The translations under genes were made by a program, and so were the position numbers. Below, piece after piece: positions 26,375-35,247 of a DNA stretch of 64,000 bases. Origin of the DNA: a bacterium (GTDB lineage: Bacteria > Verrucomicrobiota > Kiritimatiellia > CAIKKV01 > CAITUY01); the NCBI GenBank assembly GCA_037132275.1, contig JBAXPK010000005.1, positions 3,122-67,121 on the forward strand, read 5' to 3'. Under the pieces are notes generated by a model, which did no database searches, was not told where the DNA came from, and worked only from the letters and a program-made list of their open reading frames with translations. The first letter of the stretch is position 1. Each line of letters opens with the position of its first letter.

Positions 26375-29300
26375 TTCCAGATCCGTGCGCGGCTTGAAGA
26401 ACTTGTCCTGAACCTTCTCCATGTAGAGATAGATTCCAGGGGTGACGAAGAGGGTGATAACCTGCGCGAAAATCATGCCGCCGACGATGACCAGGCCGAG
26501 GGGTTTTCGGCTGGACGCATCGGCGCCGAAGCCCATGGCGATCGGCATGGCGCCCAGGATGGCGCACAGACCAGTCATCAGGATCGGGCGGAACCGCACC
26601 ACGCAGGCGTTGTGAATGGCATCATAACTGTTCATCCCCTCCACTTTCCGTTGCAGGGCAAAATCCACCATCAGAATGCCATTCTTGGTAATCAATCCGA
26701 GCAGGACGAAGACTCCAATGTAGGCATAAAGCGAAAGTTGACTGCCGAAAATGAAGAGCGTCAGAAACCCGCCGAAGAGCGCCACTGGCAGGGTGGTAAG
26801 AATGGTGAACGGGTGGATATAACTCTCATAAAGCATGCCCAGCACGATGTATTTCAGGAAAATGGCAATCAATAGCAGAATGCCGAGACTGGCGATGGAT
26901 TTTTTGAACTCCACGGCATCCCCGATGAAGGAGCCTTGCACGGTGGGGGGGAGTACGGCGGCGGCCTTCGCCTCGATCACAGCCGTGACAACACCGAGCG
27001 GAACCCCGGGAAAGGGGCTGAATGAAATGGTGGCGGCTTCATGCTGTTGGGCATGGGGAATATTCTGGGGACCGGCTTCCTCGGTCCATTTGATGAGCGA
27101 TTTAACGGGAACCAAAGGCCCATACGTGGATCGCAGGAAGAGCAGCGCCAGGTCGTCAGGAAGGCGCTGGTTGGATTTCTGAATTTCAGGGATTACCTGG
27201 TATTGATCCTGGTCGGTGGTGAACTGGGTCGCATAGCCACCGGCAAAAGAAAGAGCCAGTGCCTGTTCAATGGACGTGGCTGTGACGCCCAGCGCCGAGG
27301 CGCGGGTACGGTCAATGGTCACGTTCAAGCGGGGCATGTTCAGTTTAACGCTGTTCTGGGTGTTGAACGGATTCAGGAAGGGGATCGTCCGGATTTCCCG
27401 CTCCAGAAGAAAGGCTGTTTTATAGACCGTCTCCCGGTCCAATCCCTTGAGGAGATATCCATAATCGCTTCCCTGGGCCGTGGAGTCGACGCCGGAACTG
27501 ATCTTGAGAACCGGCATCGCCTTCATGGCGCAGAGTCCATCGGGGATCATCATCGCTTTCATCATTAGCTTGAAGGAAATTTGGTCAATAGGTTCGCGGG
27601 GTTCACGTTCACGCGGTGATTTCAGGCGGACGAAGACAAATCCCATGCTCTGGTCCGCACCCGGGAAAATGCCGGTGACGCTACCCACGCGGGCGACCGC
27701 AGGTTCCTTCCGTAACAAGCCCATGACCTTGGTCTGATAGGCCTGCATCTGTTCCGTGGAGGATCCTTGCGGCATGATCATGGCGCCGAAGATGAAACTG
27801 CTGTCGCCGGGCGGCAGAAAGTCCCCTGGCAGCACAAAATAGAGGATGCCGGCGCCGAGAATGCAGACGACCCAGGCGACAAGCGCCAACCATTTGTGGC
27901 GGAGTTGGAAGTGCAGTGCCCTGGCGTATTGCCTGATCATGCCCTGGATAAAGGTGGTGATGCCGCGTTGGACAGCATTGGGGGCCTTTTCGTGGTGGAG
28001 GATGCGGGCGCACATCATGGGGGAAAGCGTCAGGGCGAGCAGGGTGGAGACAATAATGGCAAAGATGACGGTAAGCGCGAATTCCCGCAAATTGCGGCCA
28101 ACGGCCCCGCTCATGAATACCAGCGGCAGGAAGACGATGATCAGCGCGGCGCTGGTCGACAGAACGGTGAACGAAATTTCCTTCATGCTTTGCAGGGCGG
28201 CAGGGATGGGCTTTTTTCCTTCCTCGAGATGGCGCACGGTGTTTTCCAGAACCACGATGGCGTCATCCACCAGAAAGCCAACCGCCAGAATGATTCCCAT
28301 CAGGGACAGGATATCGAGGCTGAAGTTGGAGGGCAGCATCAGGAGGAAGGTGCCCAGCAGGGAGATGGGGAGGACGATACTGGGAACGACAGTTTCACGG
28401 ATGCGGCCCAGGAAGAAGAAAATAACCAGAATCACCATCAGAAGGGCAATGCCCACGGTGAGTTGCACGTCGCGAAGGGACTCTTTGATGGGTTCAGAGC
28501 CATTGTACATGGTCACCATGGTGATTGTGGAGGGAAGTTCACGGCGGGATTCCTCCAACGCCTGGGTGACCCGGTTTGCGACGGCAACAGTATTGGCGCC
28601 GCTGACACGCGAGAGGCGCATCACGACGCACTGGCTGTGGATGGGTTCGTCCGCAGTTGTATACCGGATATTCACCAGGTCGTTCGCGATGCTATCCACG
28701 CACCGGGCCACATCCTTTACCCGGATGGGGGCATTGTTGCGGGTGGTAATGATGAGTTCACCGTATTCCCGGGCCGTACGCAGTTGCCCCTGAGGTTCAA
28801 TCACAAACGTGCGTTGGGCTCCATTTAAACTGCCCCCGGGGATATTGGCGGTACCGGCTTTCAGCACCAGGGCCAGTTCATCAACCCCGATTTGATAAGC
28901 GGCCAGTTTCTCGGGGCTGAATTGAATGCGCACGGCGTTCTTGGCGCCAAAGGCCTCAACCTTGGAGACCCCCTCAATCATGCTTAATTTCCGGGCGACC
29001 ACGTGGTTCGCATAGTCGTACAGTTCGCCATGCGGCATAATATCGGAATAGAGGAGCACATAATAAATGGGGGCGTCCGAGGGGTTGAACTTCTGATAGG
29101 TGGGGGGGCTCGGCAAATCGGTAGGCAGGTTTCGCGTAGCCCGGGTGATGGCCGCCTGGACATCCGGTGCCACCAGGTCCACATTGCGATTCAGGCTGAA
29201 TGACAACGTGAGGGTGCTGATACCCTGCCGGTTGTCCGAATACATGGATTCCAGTCCGCTGATCTGGGTGAATTCATTCTCGAGCGGGGTGGCAACCGTG

Positions 29301-29482
29301 GAGGCCATGGTGGCCGGGCTGGCGCCCGGATAGGCGACGGTCACCTGGATGACGGGATAATCCACGGTGGGCAGGCTGTTTACAGGAAGTTGGAAATAAG
29401 CCCACACGCCGCCGACCACCATCAGGGTGGTGAGCAGAATCGTCATAACAGGACGCCGGATAAATACTTCTGAAAAGCTCAT
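26372..29482 (-). CDS. RND efflux transporter permease, HAE1/AcrB-CusA family (1036 aa)
   Basis: 12-TM RND architecture, N-terminus 'MSFSEVFIRRPVMTILLT...', two large periplasmic loops, length ~1036 aa. Confidence 0.9.
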   Translation of the reverse strand: MSFSEVFIRRPVMTILLTTLMVVGGVWAYFQLPVNSLPTVDYPVIQVTVAYPGASPATMASTVATPLENEFTQISGLESMYSDNRQGISTLTLSFSLNRNVDLVAPDVQAAITRATRNLPTDLPSPPTYQKFNPSDAPIYYVLLYSDIMPHGELYDYANHVVARKLSMIEGVSKVEAFGAKNAVRIQFSPEKLAAYQIGVDELALVLKAGTANIPGGSLNGAQRTFVIEPQGQLRTAREYGELIITTRNNAPIRVKDVARCVDSIANDLVNIRYTTADEPIHSQCVVMRLSRVSGANTVAVANRVTQALEESRRELPSTITMVTMYNGSEPIKESLRDVQLTVGIALLMVILVIFFFLGRIRETVVPSIVLPISLLGTFLLMLPSNFSLDILSLMGIILAVGFLVDDAIVVLENTVRHLEEGKKPIPAALQSMKEISFTVLSTSAALIIVFLPLVFMSGAVGRNLREFALTVIFAIIVSTLLALTLSPMMCARILHHEKAPNAVQRGITTFIQGMIRQYARALHFQLRHKWLALVAWVVCILGAGILYFVLPGDFLPPGDSSFIFGAMIMPQGSSTEQMQAYQTKVMGLLRKEPAVARVGSVTGIFPGADQSMGFVFVRLKSPREREPREPIDQISFKLMMKAMMIPDGLCAMKAMPVLKISSGVDSTAQGSDYGYLLKGLDRETVYKTAFLLEREIRTIPFLNPFNTQNSVKLNMPRLNVTIDRTRASALGVTATSIEQALALSFAGGYATQFTTDQDQYQVIPEIQKSNQRLPDDLALLFLRSTYGPLVPVKSLIKWTEEAGPQNIPHAQQHEAATISFSPFPGVPLGVVTAVIEAKAAAVLPPTVQGSFIGDAVEFKKSIASLGILLLIAIFLKYIVLGMLYESYIHPFTILTTLPVALFGGFLTLFIFGSQLSLYAYIGVFVLLGLITKNGILMVDFALQRKVEGMNSYDAIHNACVVRFRPILMTGLCAILGAMPIAMGFGADASSRKPLGLVIVGGMIFAQVITLFVTPGIYLYMEKVQDKFFKPRTDLE

Positions 29483-29527
29483 AGTCGTCTCACTTTTTGC
29501 ATCTCACATTTCACGTCTCACGTCTTA
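29483..29527 (-). repeat. GTGAGAC-family heptanucleotide tandem array filling the 42-nt intercistronic spacer between the MFP and RND genes
   Basis: Minus-strand reading: GTAAGAC GTGAGAC GTGAAAT GTGAGAT GCAAAAA GTGAGAC GACT then the ATG of the RND gene. The MFP stop codon TAA is inside the first unit. Confidence 0.7.
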
Positions 29528-30658
29528 CTTTTTCGATGCGCCTTGTGGCGGTAGTTTCGAGGCATCCATGACGGTGGCGCCGGGCCGCATCATCACCAGC
29601 CCAGTGGTGATAACTGATTCGCCAGCGCCAACTCCCTCGGTAAGTTGGAGCAGGGTGTTGTGGCGCAGTCCCGCCTTTACGTGGCGGAGTTCCGACACAT
29701 TGTTCGAATTGACGACATACAGGTAGGCGCCATCTTTCCCAAACTGAACGGCGCTTTCCGGAACGAGAATGGCATTGGGGATGAAGTTCACAACGATCCG
29801 GATATCGATGAACTGTTTTGCCCAAAGCGCCCGATTGGGATTCGGCGCCTCGCCGCGGAGCAGGATGGTGCCGGTCATCGGATCCACGGCGTTGTCTATG
29901 AATGAGAGGGTTCCCGGGTAGCTGTTGGTGTCGCCGCGCGGCGTGATCTCGACCGGAATGGGGCCAGCCGACAGGGCGCTCCGGATTGCGGGGAGGTATT
30001 GCTCCGAGAGGGTACACTCCAGCCGGAGCGGGTTATTGTTCCGGATATTGGTCAGGCGCGTCATGCCCGCTGCCACCAGGTTCCCGGCATCCACATAACG
30101 CTTGGAACAAATTCCCTCGATGGGCGACACGAGCGTACAGCGGGACAAGTTGAGCAGCGCCTGCTCAAGGGCCGCCTGGTCAATGGCCAGTTGCGCCTCA
30201 AGGGCGGTGACCTTGTTTTTGATGGTATCAAACAGCTCCTGTGAGATGAGCCGTTTTTCCAGCAGTGGCTGGTTGCGATCGAGGGTGATCCGGGCGAGTT
30301 CCAAGGAGGATTTGTCAGCCGCGATCATGCCTCCGGCCTGTTGGACGCGCGTTTGGTAATCCCGCGGATCGATTTGGAAGAGCGGCTGGCCATTGGTGAC
30401 AATCGCGCCTTCCTGGAACAGCACATGGGTCAGTTGGCCCGAGACTTGGGGAACCATGTCCACGCTCTCTTTGTCCTGTGTCGTTCCATAGGTGGTGATA
30501 ACGACGGGTAAATCCGCCTTGATGGCAGGCGCCATCAAGACCATGAGCGGGGGTGCGGAAGGGGGGCCGCCCGCCTGTTTCTTACCGCAGGCGCTGGCGA
30601 AAAGCGCAAGGGCGGTGAGGGTGAAGAGTGTGGTGGTGAAACGTGTGCTGCTATTCAT
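29525..30658 (-). CDS. RND efflux periplasmic adaptor (membrane fusion protein, AcrA/HlyD-like), lipoprotein
   Basis: Start set at 'MNSSTRFTTTLFTLTALALFASACGK' (lipobox-like 'FASAC') rather than the upstream ATG at 30736. Coiled-coil/lipoyl/beta-barrel pattern typical of MFPs. Confidence 0.75.
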   Translation of the reverse strand: MNSSTRFTTTLFTLTALALFASACGKKQAGGPPSAPPLMVLMAPAIKADLPVVITTYGTTQDKESVDMVPQVSGQLTHVLFQEGAIVTNGQPLFQIDPRDYQTRVQQAGGMIAADKSSLELARITLDRNQPLLEKRLISQELFDTIKNKVTALEAQLAIDQAALEQALLNLSRCTLVSPIEGICSKRYVDAGNLVAAGMTRLTNIRNNNPLRLECTLSEQYLPAIRSALSAGPIPVEITPRGDTNSYPGTLSFIDNAVDPMTGTILLRGEAPNPNRALWAKQFIDIRIVVNFIPNAILVPESAVQFGKDGAYLYVVNSNNVSELRHVKAGLRHNTLLQLTEGVGAGESVITTGLVMMRPGATVMDASKLPPQGASKK

Positions 30659-32078
30659 GTTGTGGTCCTTTTTCGATTGCTCCCGTGGCATGCGCCAACT
30701 GCGCCAATGCCGTGAATACGTCTTGTCGTGCAACAATATGTTGGCCGCGGGCTTGCGCCAGTTGGGTTTCGGCGGTCAAGACATCGAGGATGCTTTTGAC
30801 GCCGGCCTTGTAGCTGTCCAAGGCCAGTTGCCAGGCGGCGGTGGCGCTCGTGAGGGCGGAGAGGCTGAAGTCGTATTTGTGCAAGGCCGTCTCGTAGTTC
30901 TGGAATCGTGACCAGATTTCGGCGCTGGCGCCCAGTTCAACCAGTTTAACCTGGGCCCGCATGGCCTCGGCCTGAGCTTCAGCGATGCGCTTGGAACTCA
31001 AAGTCTGAAAGCCGTCAAAAAGATTCCATTTCAAACTGAGGCCGCCCGTGTACGCCCAATCGTTGGCGGCGGCGGCGCGGTTGTTCAGTCCGTAGAGTTC
31101 GTAGTAGTCGCGGGCCACCGAACCGTTAAGATAAAGGGAAGGCCAGCGGGTGGCATTGGCCACCTTGATGGCAGCCTCGCGGGCGGCCAGCGTAGACCGC
31201 AACGCGGAGAGATCCGGACGCCGTGCCAGGGCGGCGTCGATGAAACGCCGCAAATCTGTCTTGGAGAGCGAGGCGGGCATGTTGGTTGCGGGCATGGCGA
31301 TTTGGAGTTGGGTGTCGGCCGGCAGTCCCACGGCTTGGGCCAGCAAGCCCCAGCCGATTTGCTGCTGGCCCTGGGCGCTGGCCAAGGCGTAGAGGGATTG
31401 ATCGTAAATGGTCCGGGCCTGGAGCACGTCCAGATCCACGCCGACGCCCGCGTTGCGGCGCTCGGTGGCAGCGTCAAGAATCACCCTGGCATCCAGGGAA
31501 TTCGTGGCGGCGGTTTCCACGCCAGCCTGGGCGCTGATGACGTTATAGTAAGCCAGTTGCGCTGAAAGGAGCGTGTCTTGCACCGCCTGGTTGAAGGCAA
31601 AGTTGGCGGCATACACGGTTTGGAGCGCCTGTTCCACGGCGGCGCTGCGGCCGCCGCCGAAGTTACAAACCAGATAGCTCAACTGCAGACCGGGGCCGTA
31701 GGTCAGGCTGTTCTGGTCAAAACTGTCCGGGTGTGCCGCCGTGGTGACGCGGGTCATACCGACACCGGCGGTGAGATTGGGTATGAAATAACCTTCTGTG
31801 AAACGAACCTGCTCCGAGGCGGCGCGAGCTTCGTGCCAGGCCCTGCGGGTGGCGGCATTGTTTTGTAGCGCAAGATCGGCAAGCTCGAAGAGGGTTAACG
31901 GTTTCGTAAGATCCGGCTTCTCAGCCCGGACTGTGTCCCAGACTCGATCCTGCTTTTTTGCGTCATTTGGCGCGTTCCATTGGGTTGTCAGAGAAGACGG
32001 TGGCGGCGCCTCCACGCAGCCGGCCATCAGGAGAACCAGCGTGGCGAAGGAGAGGAGTTGTAGTGCGGCTATTTTCAT
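30651..32078 (-). CDS. outer-membrane efflux protein (TolC/NodT-family OMF lipoprotein)
   Basis: Start set at 'MKIAALQLLSFATLVLLMAGC' (lipobox LMAGC). Two OEP repeats with 'LDV..A...Y' patterns. Overlaps the MFP start by 8 nt. Confidence 0.75.
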   Translation of the reverse strand: MKIAALQLLSFATLVLLMAGCVEAPPPSSLTTQWNAPNDAKKQDRVWDTVRAEKPDLTKPLTLFELADLALQNNAATRRAWHEARAASEQVRFTEGYFIPNLTAGVGMTRVTTAAHPDSFDQNSLTYGPGLQLSYLVCNFGGGRSAAVEQALQTVYAANFAFNQAVQDTLLSAQLAYYNVISAQAGVETAATNSLDARVILDAATERRNAGVGVDLDVLQARTIYDQSLYALASAQGQQQIGWGLLAQAVGLPADTQLQIAMPATNMPASLSKTDLRRFIDAALARRPDLSALRSTLAAREAAIKVANATRWPSLYLNGSVARDYYELYGLNNRAAAANDWAYTGGLSLKWNLFDGFQTLSSKRIAEAQAEAMRAQVKLVELGASAEIWSRFQNYETALHKYDFSLSALTSATAAWQLALDSYKAGVKSILDVLTAETQLAQARGQHIVARQDVFTALAQLAHATGAIEKGPQHE

Positions 32079-32680
32079 GCTTTGGACCTCGGTCGATGGG
32101 GGTTGGTTGCCTTCACAAGGGTGTCCACAACATTGCGGACATACGCATCCGGGGATGAGGGTTTGTATTTGAATAGGATTTCGCACCAGGCGTAGTGGGA
32201 GAGCGCCCCGAGAAAAGCCTGGGCCTGGATTTCAGGAGACGTCATCACCATCCGGCCCGCCTTGATTTCCTGTTTAAAAAAGCGGCACATCACCTCCATG
32301 TTCTGGATGGGGGGAGGCCGCCGGCCCGGGTGATGATGCTTGGGGATGGTAACCCCGCTCGAGGTTACCATCATGATGCACGGCAAAATCAGGCGGAGCC
32401 GGTTGAGCAAAAGGATGCCCGCCGATTCCAGGGTGTCGCGGATATTACCGGCGCCGATCGACGCCATGAGGAGATCTTCCCAGGATTGTTTTCCCGCCTC
32501 CACGTCCATGGCGGCGAGGAAAAGGTTGCATTTGCTTTTGTAATGCTTGAACAGCGAGCCTTCCGAAACCCCCGCTTCCCGGGCAATCAGGGCGGTGCCG
32601 GCCTTGTAGCCATGTTTGATGAACACCCGGCGGGCCGCCTTCAGGATAGCGTCAGGTTGTATGGATGCCGGTCTTGCCAC
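32075..32680 (-). CDS. TetR/AcrR-family transcriptional regulator, first gene of the RND efflux operon
   Basis: N-terminal HTH 'ILKAARRVFIKHGYKAGTALIAREAGVSEGSLFKHYKSK'. The stop overlaps the OMF start. Confidence 0.75.
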   Translation of the reverse strand: MARPASIQPDAILKAARRVFIKHGYKAGTALIAREAGVSEGSLFKHYKSKCNLFLAAMDVEAGKQSWEDLLMASIGAGNIRDTLESAGILLLNRLRLILPCIMMVTSSGVTIPKHHHPGRRPPPIQNMEVMCRFFKQEIKAGRMVMTSPEIQAQAFLGALSHYAWCEILFKYKPSSPDAYVRNVVDTLVKATNPHRPRSKA

Positions 32681-32700
32681 GTGAAAATCCTATTCCCCGA

Positions 32701-32724
32701 ATAAGTAAGTGCTCACTCATTAAT
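32701..32724. promoter_or_regulatory. imperfect palindrome 'ATAAGTAAGTGctCACTCATTAAT' immediately upstream of the tetR start; candidate TetR operator
   Basis: 8 of 11 symmetric positions around the central 'ct'. Position is typical of TetR autoregulatory operators. Inference only. Confidence 0.3.
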
Positions 32725-32805
32725 AAATCGCCGGGGAATTGTCAAGGGGAAGGTTGCTTCTGTGTCCCCGCGCCGTTGCGTTGCGGGACGCAGAAATTTG
32801 AGGCG

Positions 32806-32826
32806 CCTGCCGCCCAAGGCGGCAGG
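32806..32826 (-). terminator. perfect 9-bp stem hairpin (CCTGCCGCC-caa-GGCGGCAGG) 12 nt downstream of msrB stop; terminator candidate
   Basis: Read directly. Only a weak T-tract follows on the minus strand. Confidence 0.4.
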
Positions 32827-32837
32827 GAGCCCCCGCG

Positions 32838-33371
32838 TCAGCGACCTCCTGCCTGCTGCGCCGTGAACACCAGAGCCGCCGAATTCAGACAGTAGCGGAG
32901 GCCTGTGGGTTTGGGACCATCCTCGAAGACGTGGCCGAGATGGGCGTCGCAGCGGGCGCAGAGAATCTCGGTGCGGGTCATTCCTAAGCTTGTGTCCTTG
33001 TGCTCGATGATGTTCTCAGGGGCGATGGCCTTGAAGAAGCTCGGCCACCCGGTGCCGGAATGGAATTTGGCATCGGAACTGAAAAGAGGCAGTCCGCAGC
33101 AGAGGCAGGAATAATGGCCGGGTTCCTTTTGATCCGTCAACAGGCCGCAGAATGGCGATTCGGTCCCTTTCCCGCGGGTGATCCGATACTGTTCGGGGGT
33201 GAGCTGTTTCTTCCATTCCGTATCGGTCTTGATTATCTTGTTCATAAGGGTTGCCTCTTTCAGCGTGCTATTTTTATCGAATTCACGGACGCGAACAATG
33301 GGAACCGGTTCAGCGGCCAGTAATGCCATGCTGGTTGCCAGCAGGCAGGGAAGGATGATGTGTTTCTTCAT
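32838..33371 (-). CDS. msrB: peptide-methionine (R)-S-oxide reductase MsrB with N-terminal signal peptide (secreted/periplasmic)
   Basis: '[27 protein letters not shown]' and '[30 protein letters not shown]' (SelR Zn-Cys4 and catalytic Cys). Start set at '[22 protein letters not shown]'. Confidence 0.8.
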   Translation of the reverse strand: MKKHIILPCLLATSMALLAAEPVPIVRVREFDKNSTLKEATLMNKIIKTDTEWKKQLTPEQYRITRGKGTESPFCGLLTDQKEPGHYSCLCCGLPLFSSDAKFHSGTGWPSFFKAIAPENIIEHKDTSLGMTRTEILCARCDAHLGHVFEDGPKPTGLRYCLNSAALVFTAQQAGGR

Positions 33372-33416
33372 ACTGGTGACTTTATCGCAATTCTGTACAA
33401 TGCGCGACCCAATATC

Positions 33417-35222
33417 ATGAGCGCTGTAAAGACCCATAACTATGACGAGAGCAAGATCAAGACGCTCTCCTCGCTGGAGCATATCCGCAAGCGGACCGGG
33501 ATGTACATCGGCCGCATTGGGGATGGCTCCCATTACGACGACGGCCTCTATGTGCTGGTCAAGGAAGTGGTCGATAACGCCATCGATGAGTTTATCATGG
33601 GGTACGGGGATCGTGTGGTGGTGGCCGTGGAGGGAGCGCGGGTGACGGTGCGGGACTTCGGGCGCGGCATCCCGCTCGGCAAGGTCGTGGAATGTGTGTC
33701 ACGCATCAATACCGGTGCCAAGTATAATGACGATGTCTTTCAGTTCAGCGTCGGGCTGAACGGAGTGGGCACCAAGGCGGTGAACGCGCTGTCCTCGGCG
33801 TTCCGGGTGTGCAGTCACCGGGGCGGTGAATTTTCTGCCGCCGAGTTCAAGCGCGGCAAACTGACCCATGAATCCAAGGGGAAAACCGATGAGCCCGACG
33901 GGACGCTAGTCGTGTTTGAGCCGGACGCCGGCATCTTCGGCGCAGCGGCATTTCTTCCTGAACACCTGAAGCGACGGTTTCAACTCTATACGTTTCTCAA
34001 TGCCGGTCTGAAAATCGAGTTTAACGGGGTGGCCTTCCATTCCAAGGATGGGCTTAAGGATCTGGTGGATGACGAGGTCGGCGATGAGGCGCTTTATCCC
34101 ATTCTTCACTATCGTTCCAAGACGCTGGAACTGGCTTTCACGCATACCAACCGGTTCGAGGAAGTGTTCATGTCTTTCGCGAACGGCCAATACACCAGCG
34201 ATGGCGGAACGCACCTGAGCGCCTTTCGGGAAGGCCTGGTCAAGGCGTTTAACGAATATTCCAAGGGCAAGTTTGAGGGGGATGATGTCCGGGAAGGCAT
34301 GGCTGGCGCCATGGCGATCCGATTGAAAGATCCGGTCTTCGAGTCGCAGACGAAGAATAAGCTTGGGAATACCGAAATTCGGAGCGACCTGGTTCAGCAC
34401 GTAAGGGAGGTGGTGGTGGATTTATTGCACCGCGATCCCAGGGCGGCCGAAAAGGCGATCCTGAAGATTGAGGAAACGGTCAAACTGCGCAAGGAGTTGC
34501 AATCCATCAAGAAGATGGCCCGCGAGCGTTCCCGCGCCACCTCCATCAGGGTGCCGCAGTTGAAGGATTGCAAGATTCATTTTGACAAGAGCGATGGAAT
34601 CGGCGAAGGCTCGATGTTGTTCATTACCGAAGGGCAGTCGGCGGCGGGCTCGATCACCAGTTGCCGCGATGTGTCCAATCAGGCCGTCTTTACGCTGCGT
34701 GGTAAACCGCTCAATACCTGGGGGCTCAACCGCGACGTGATGTATAAGAACGAGGAACTCTACAACCTCATGCGCAGCTTGGACGTCGAGGAGTCGGTTG
34801 AGCGGATCCGCTATAACAAGGTGATCCTGGCCACCGATGCCGACGTGGATGGGCTCCATATCCGCAACCTGTTGCTGACCTTCTTCCTCCGGTTCTTCGA
34901 GCCAATCGTGCATGGCGGGCATATCCACATCCTGGAAACACCCTTGTTTCGAGTGCGCAATGCCAAGCGGACGGTGTACTGCTACTCCGAGCAGGAGCGG
35001 GACGCTATGGTAAAGGAGATCGGGCGCGGGGCGGAAGTGACCCGGTTCAAGGGCCTGGGCGAAATCTCGCCGGGCGAATTCAAGCAGTTTATCGGGCCGG
35101 ACATGCGGTTGACCCCGGTCGAGGTGGAGAATCGGCACAGCATTCCCGCCATCCTGAGTTTCTATATGGGGAGGAATACGCCCGAGCGCCGGCAGTACAT
35201 CATGGACAACTTGACCCTCTAG
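33417..35222 (+). CDS. parE: type IIA topoisomerase B subunit (ParE/GyrB-like, 601 aa, short form lacking the GyrB insertion)
   Basis: GHKL ATPase '[12 protein letters not shown]', '[14 protein letters not shown]', TOPRIM '[12 protein letters not shown]' and '[13 protein letters not shown]'. Start set at '[17 protein letters not shown]'. Confidence 0.8.
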   Translation: MSAVKTHNYDESKIKTLSSLEHIRKRTGMYIGRIGDGSHYDDGLYVLVKEVVDNAIDEFIMGYGDRVVVAVEGARVTVRDFGRGIPLGKVVECVSRINTGAKYNDDVFQFSVGLNGVGTKAVNALSSAFRVCSHRGGEFSAAEFKRGKLTHESKGKTDEPDGTLVVFEPDAGIFGAAAFLPEHLKRRFQLYTFLNAGLKIEFNGVAFHSKDGLKDLVDDEVGDEALYPILHYRSKTLELAFTHTNRFEEVFMSFANGQYTSDGGTHLSAFREGLVKAFNEYSKGKFEGDDVREGMAGAMAIRLKDPVFESQTKNKLGNTEIRSDLVQHVREVVVDLLHRDPRAAEKAILKIEETVKLRKELQSIKKMARERSRATSIRVPQLKDCKIHFDKSDGIGEGSMLFITEGQSAAGSITSCRDVSNQAVFTLRGKPLNTWGLNRDVMYKNEELYNLMRSLDVEESVERIRYNKVILATDADVDGLHIRNLLLTFFLRFFEPIVHGGHIHILETPLFRVRNAKRTVYCYSEQERDAMVKEIGRGAEVTRFKGLGEISPGEFKQFIGPDMRLTPVEVENRHSIPAILSFYMGRNTPERRQYIMDNLTL

Positions 35223-35247
35223 CCGGATTTCGGCATAATTTCGGAAA

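Noticed and set aside
30659-30736. Upstream ATGs of the MFP ORF (and similarly OMF 32079..32186, msrB 33372..33533, parE 33360..33416, thiL 54593..54670)
   Set aside because: The extensions are Cys/Pro-rich or lack signal-peptide logic. Internal Met codons give canonical lipoprotein or signal-peptide or family-typical N-termini and sensible operon overlaps.
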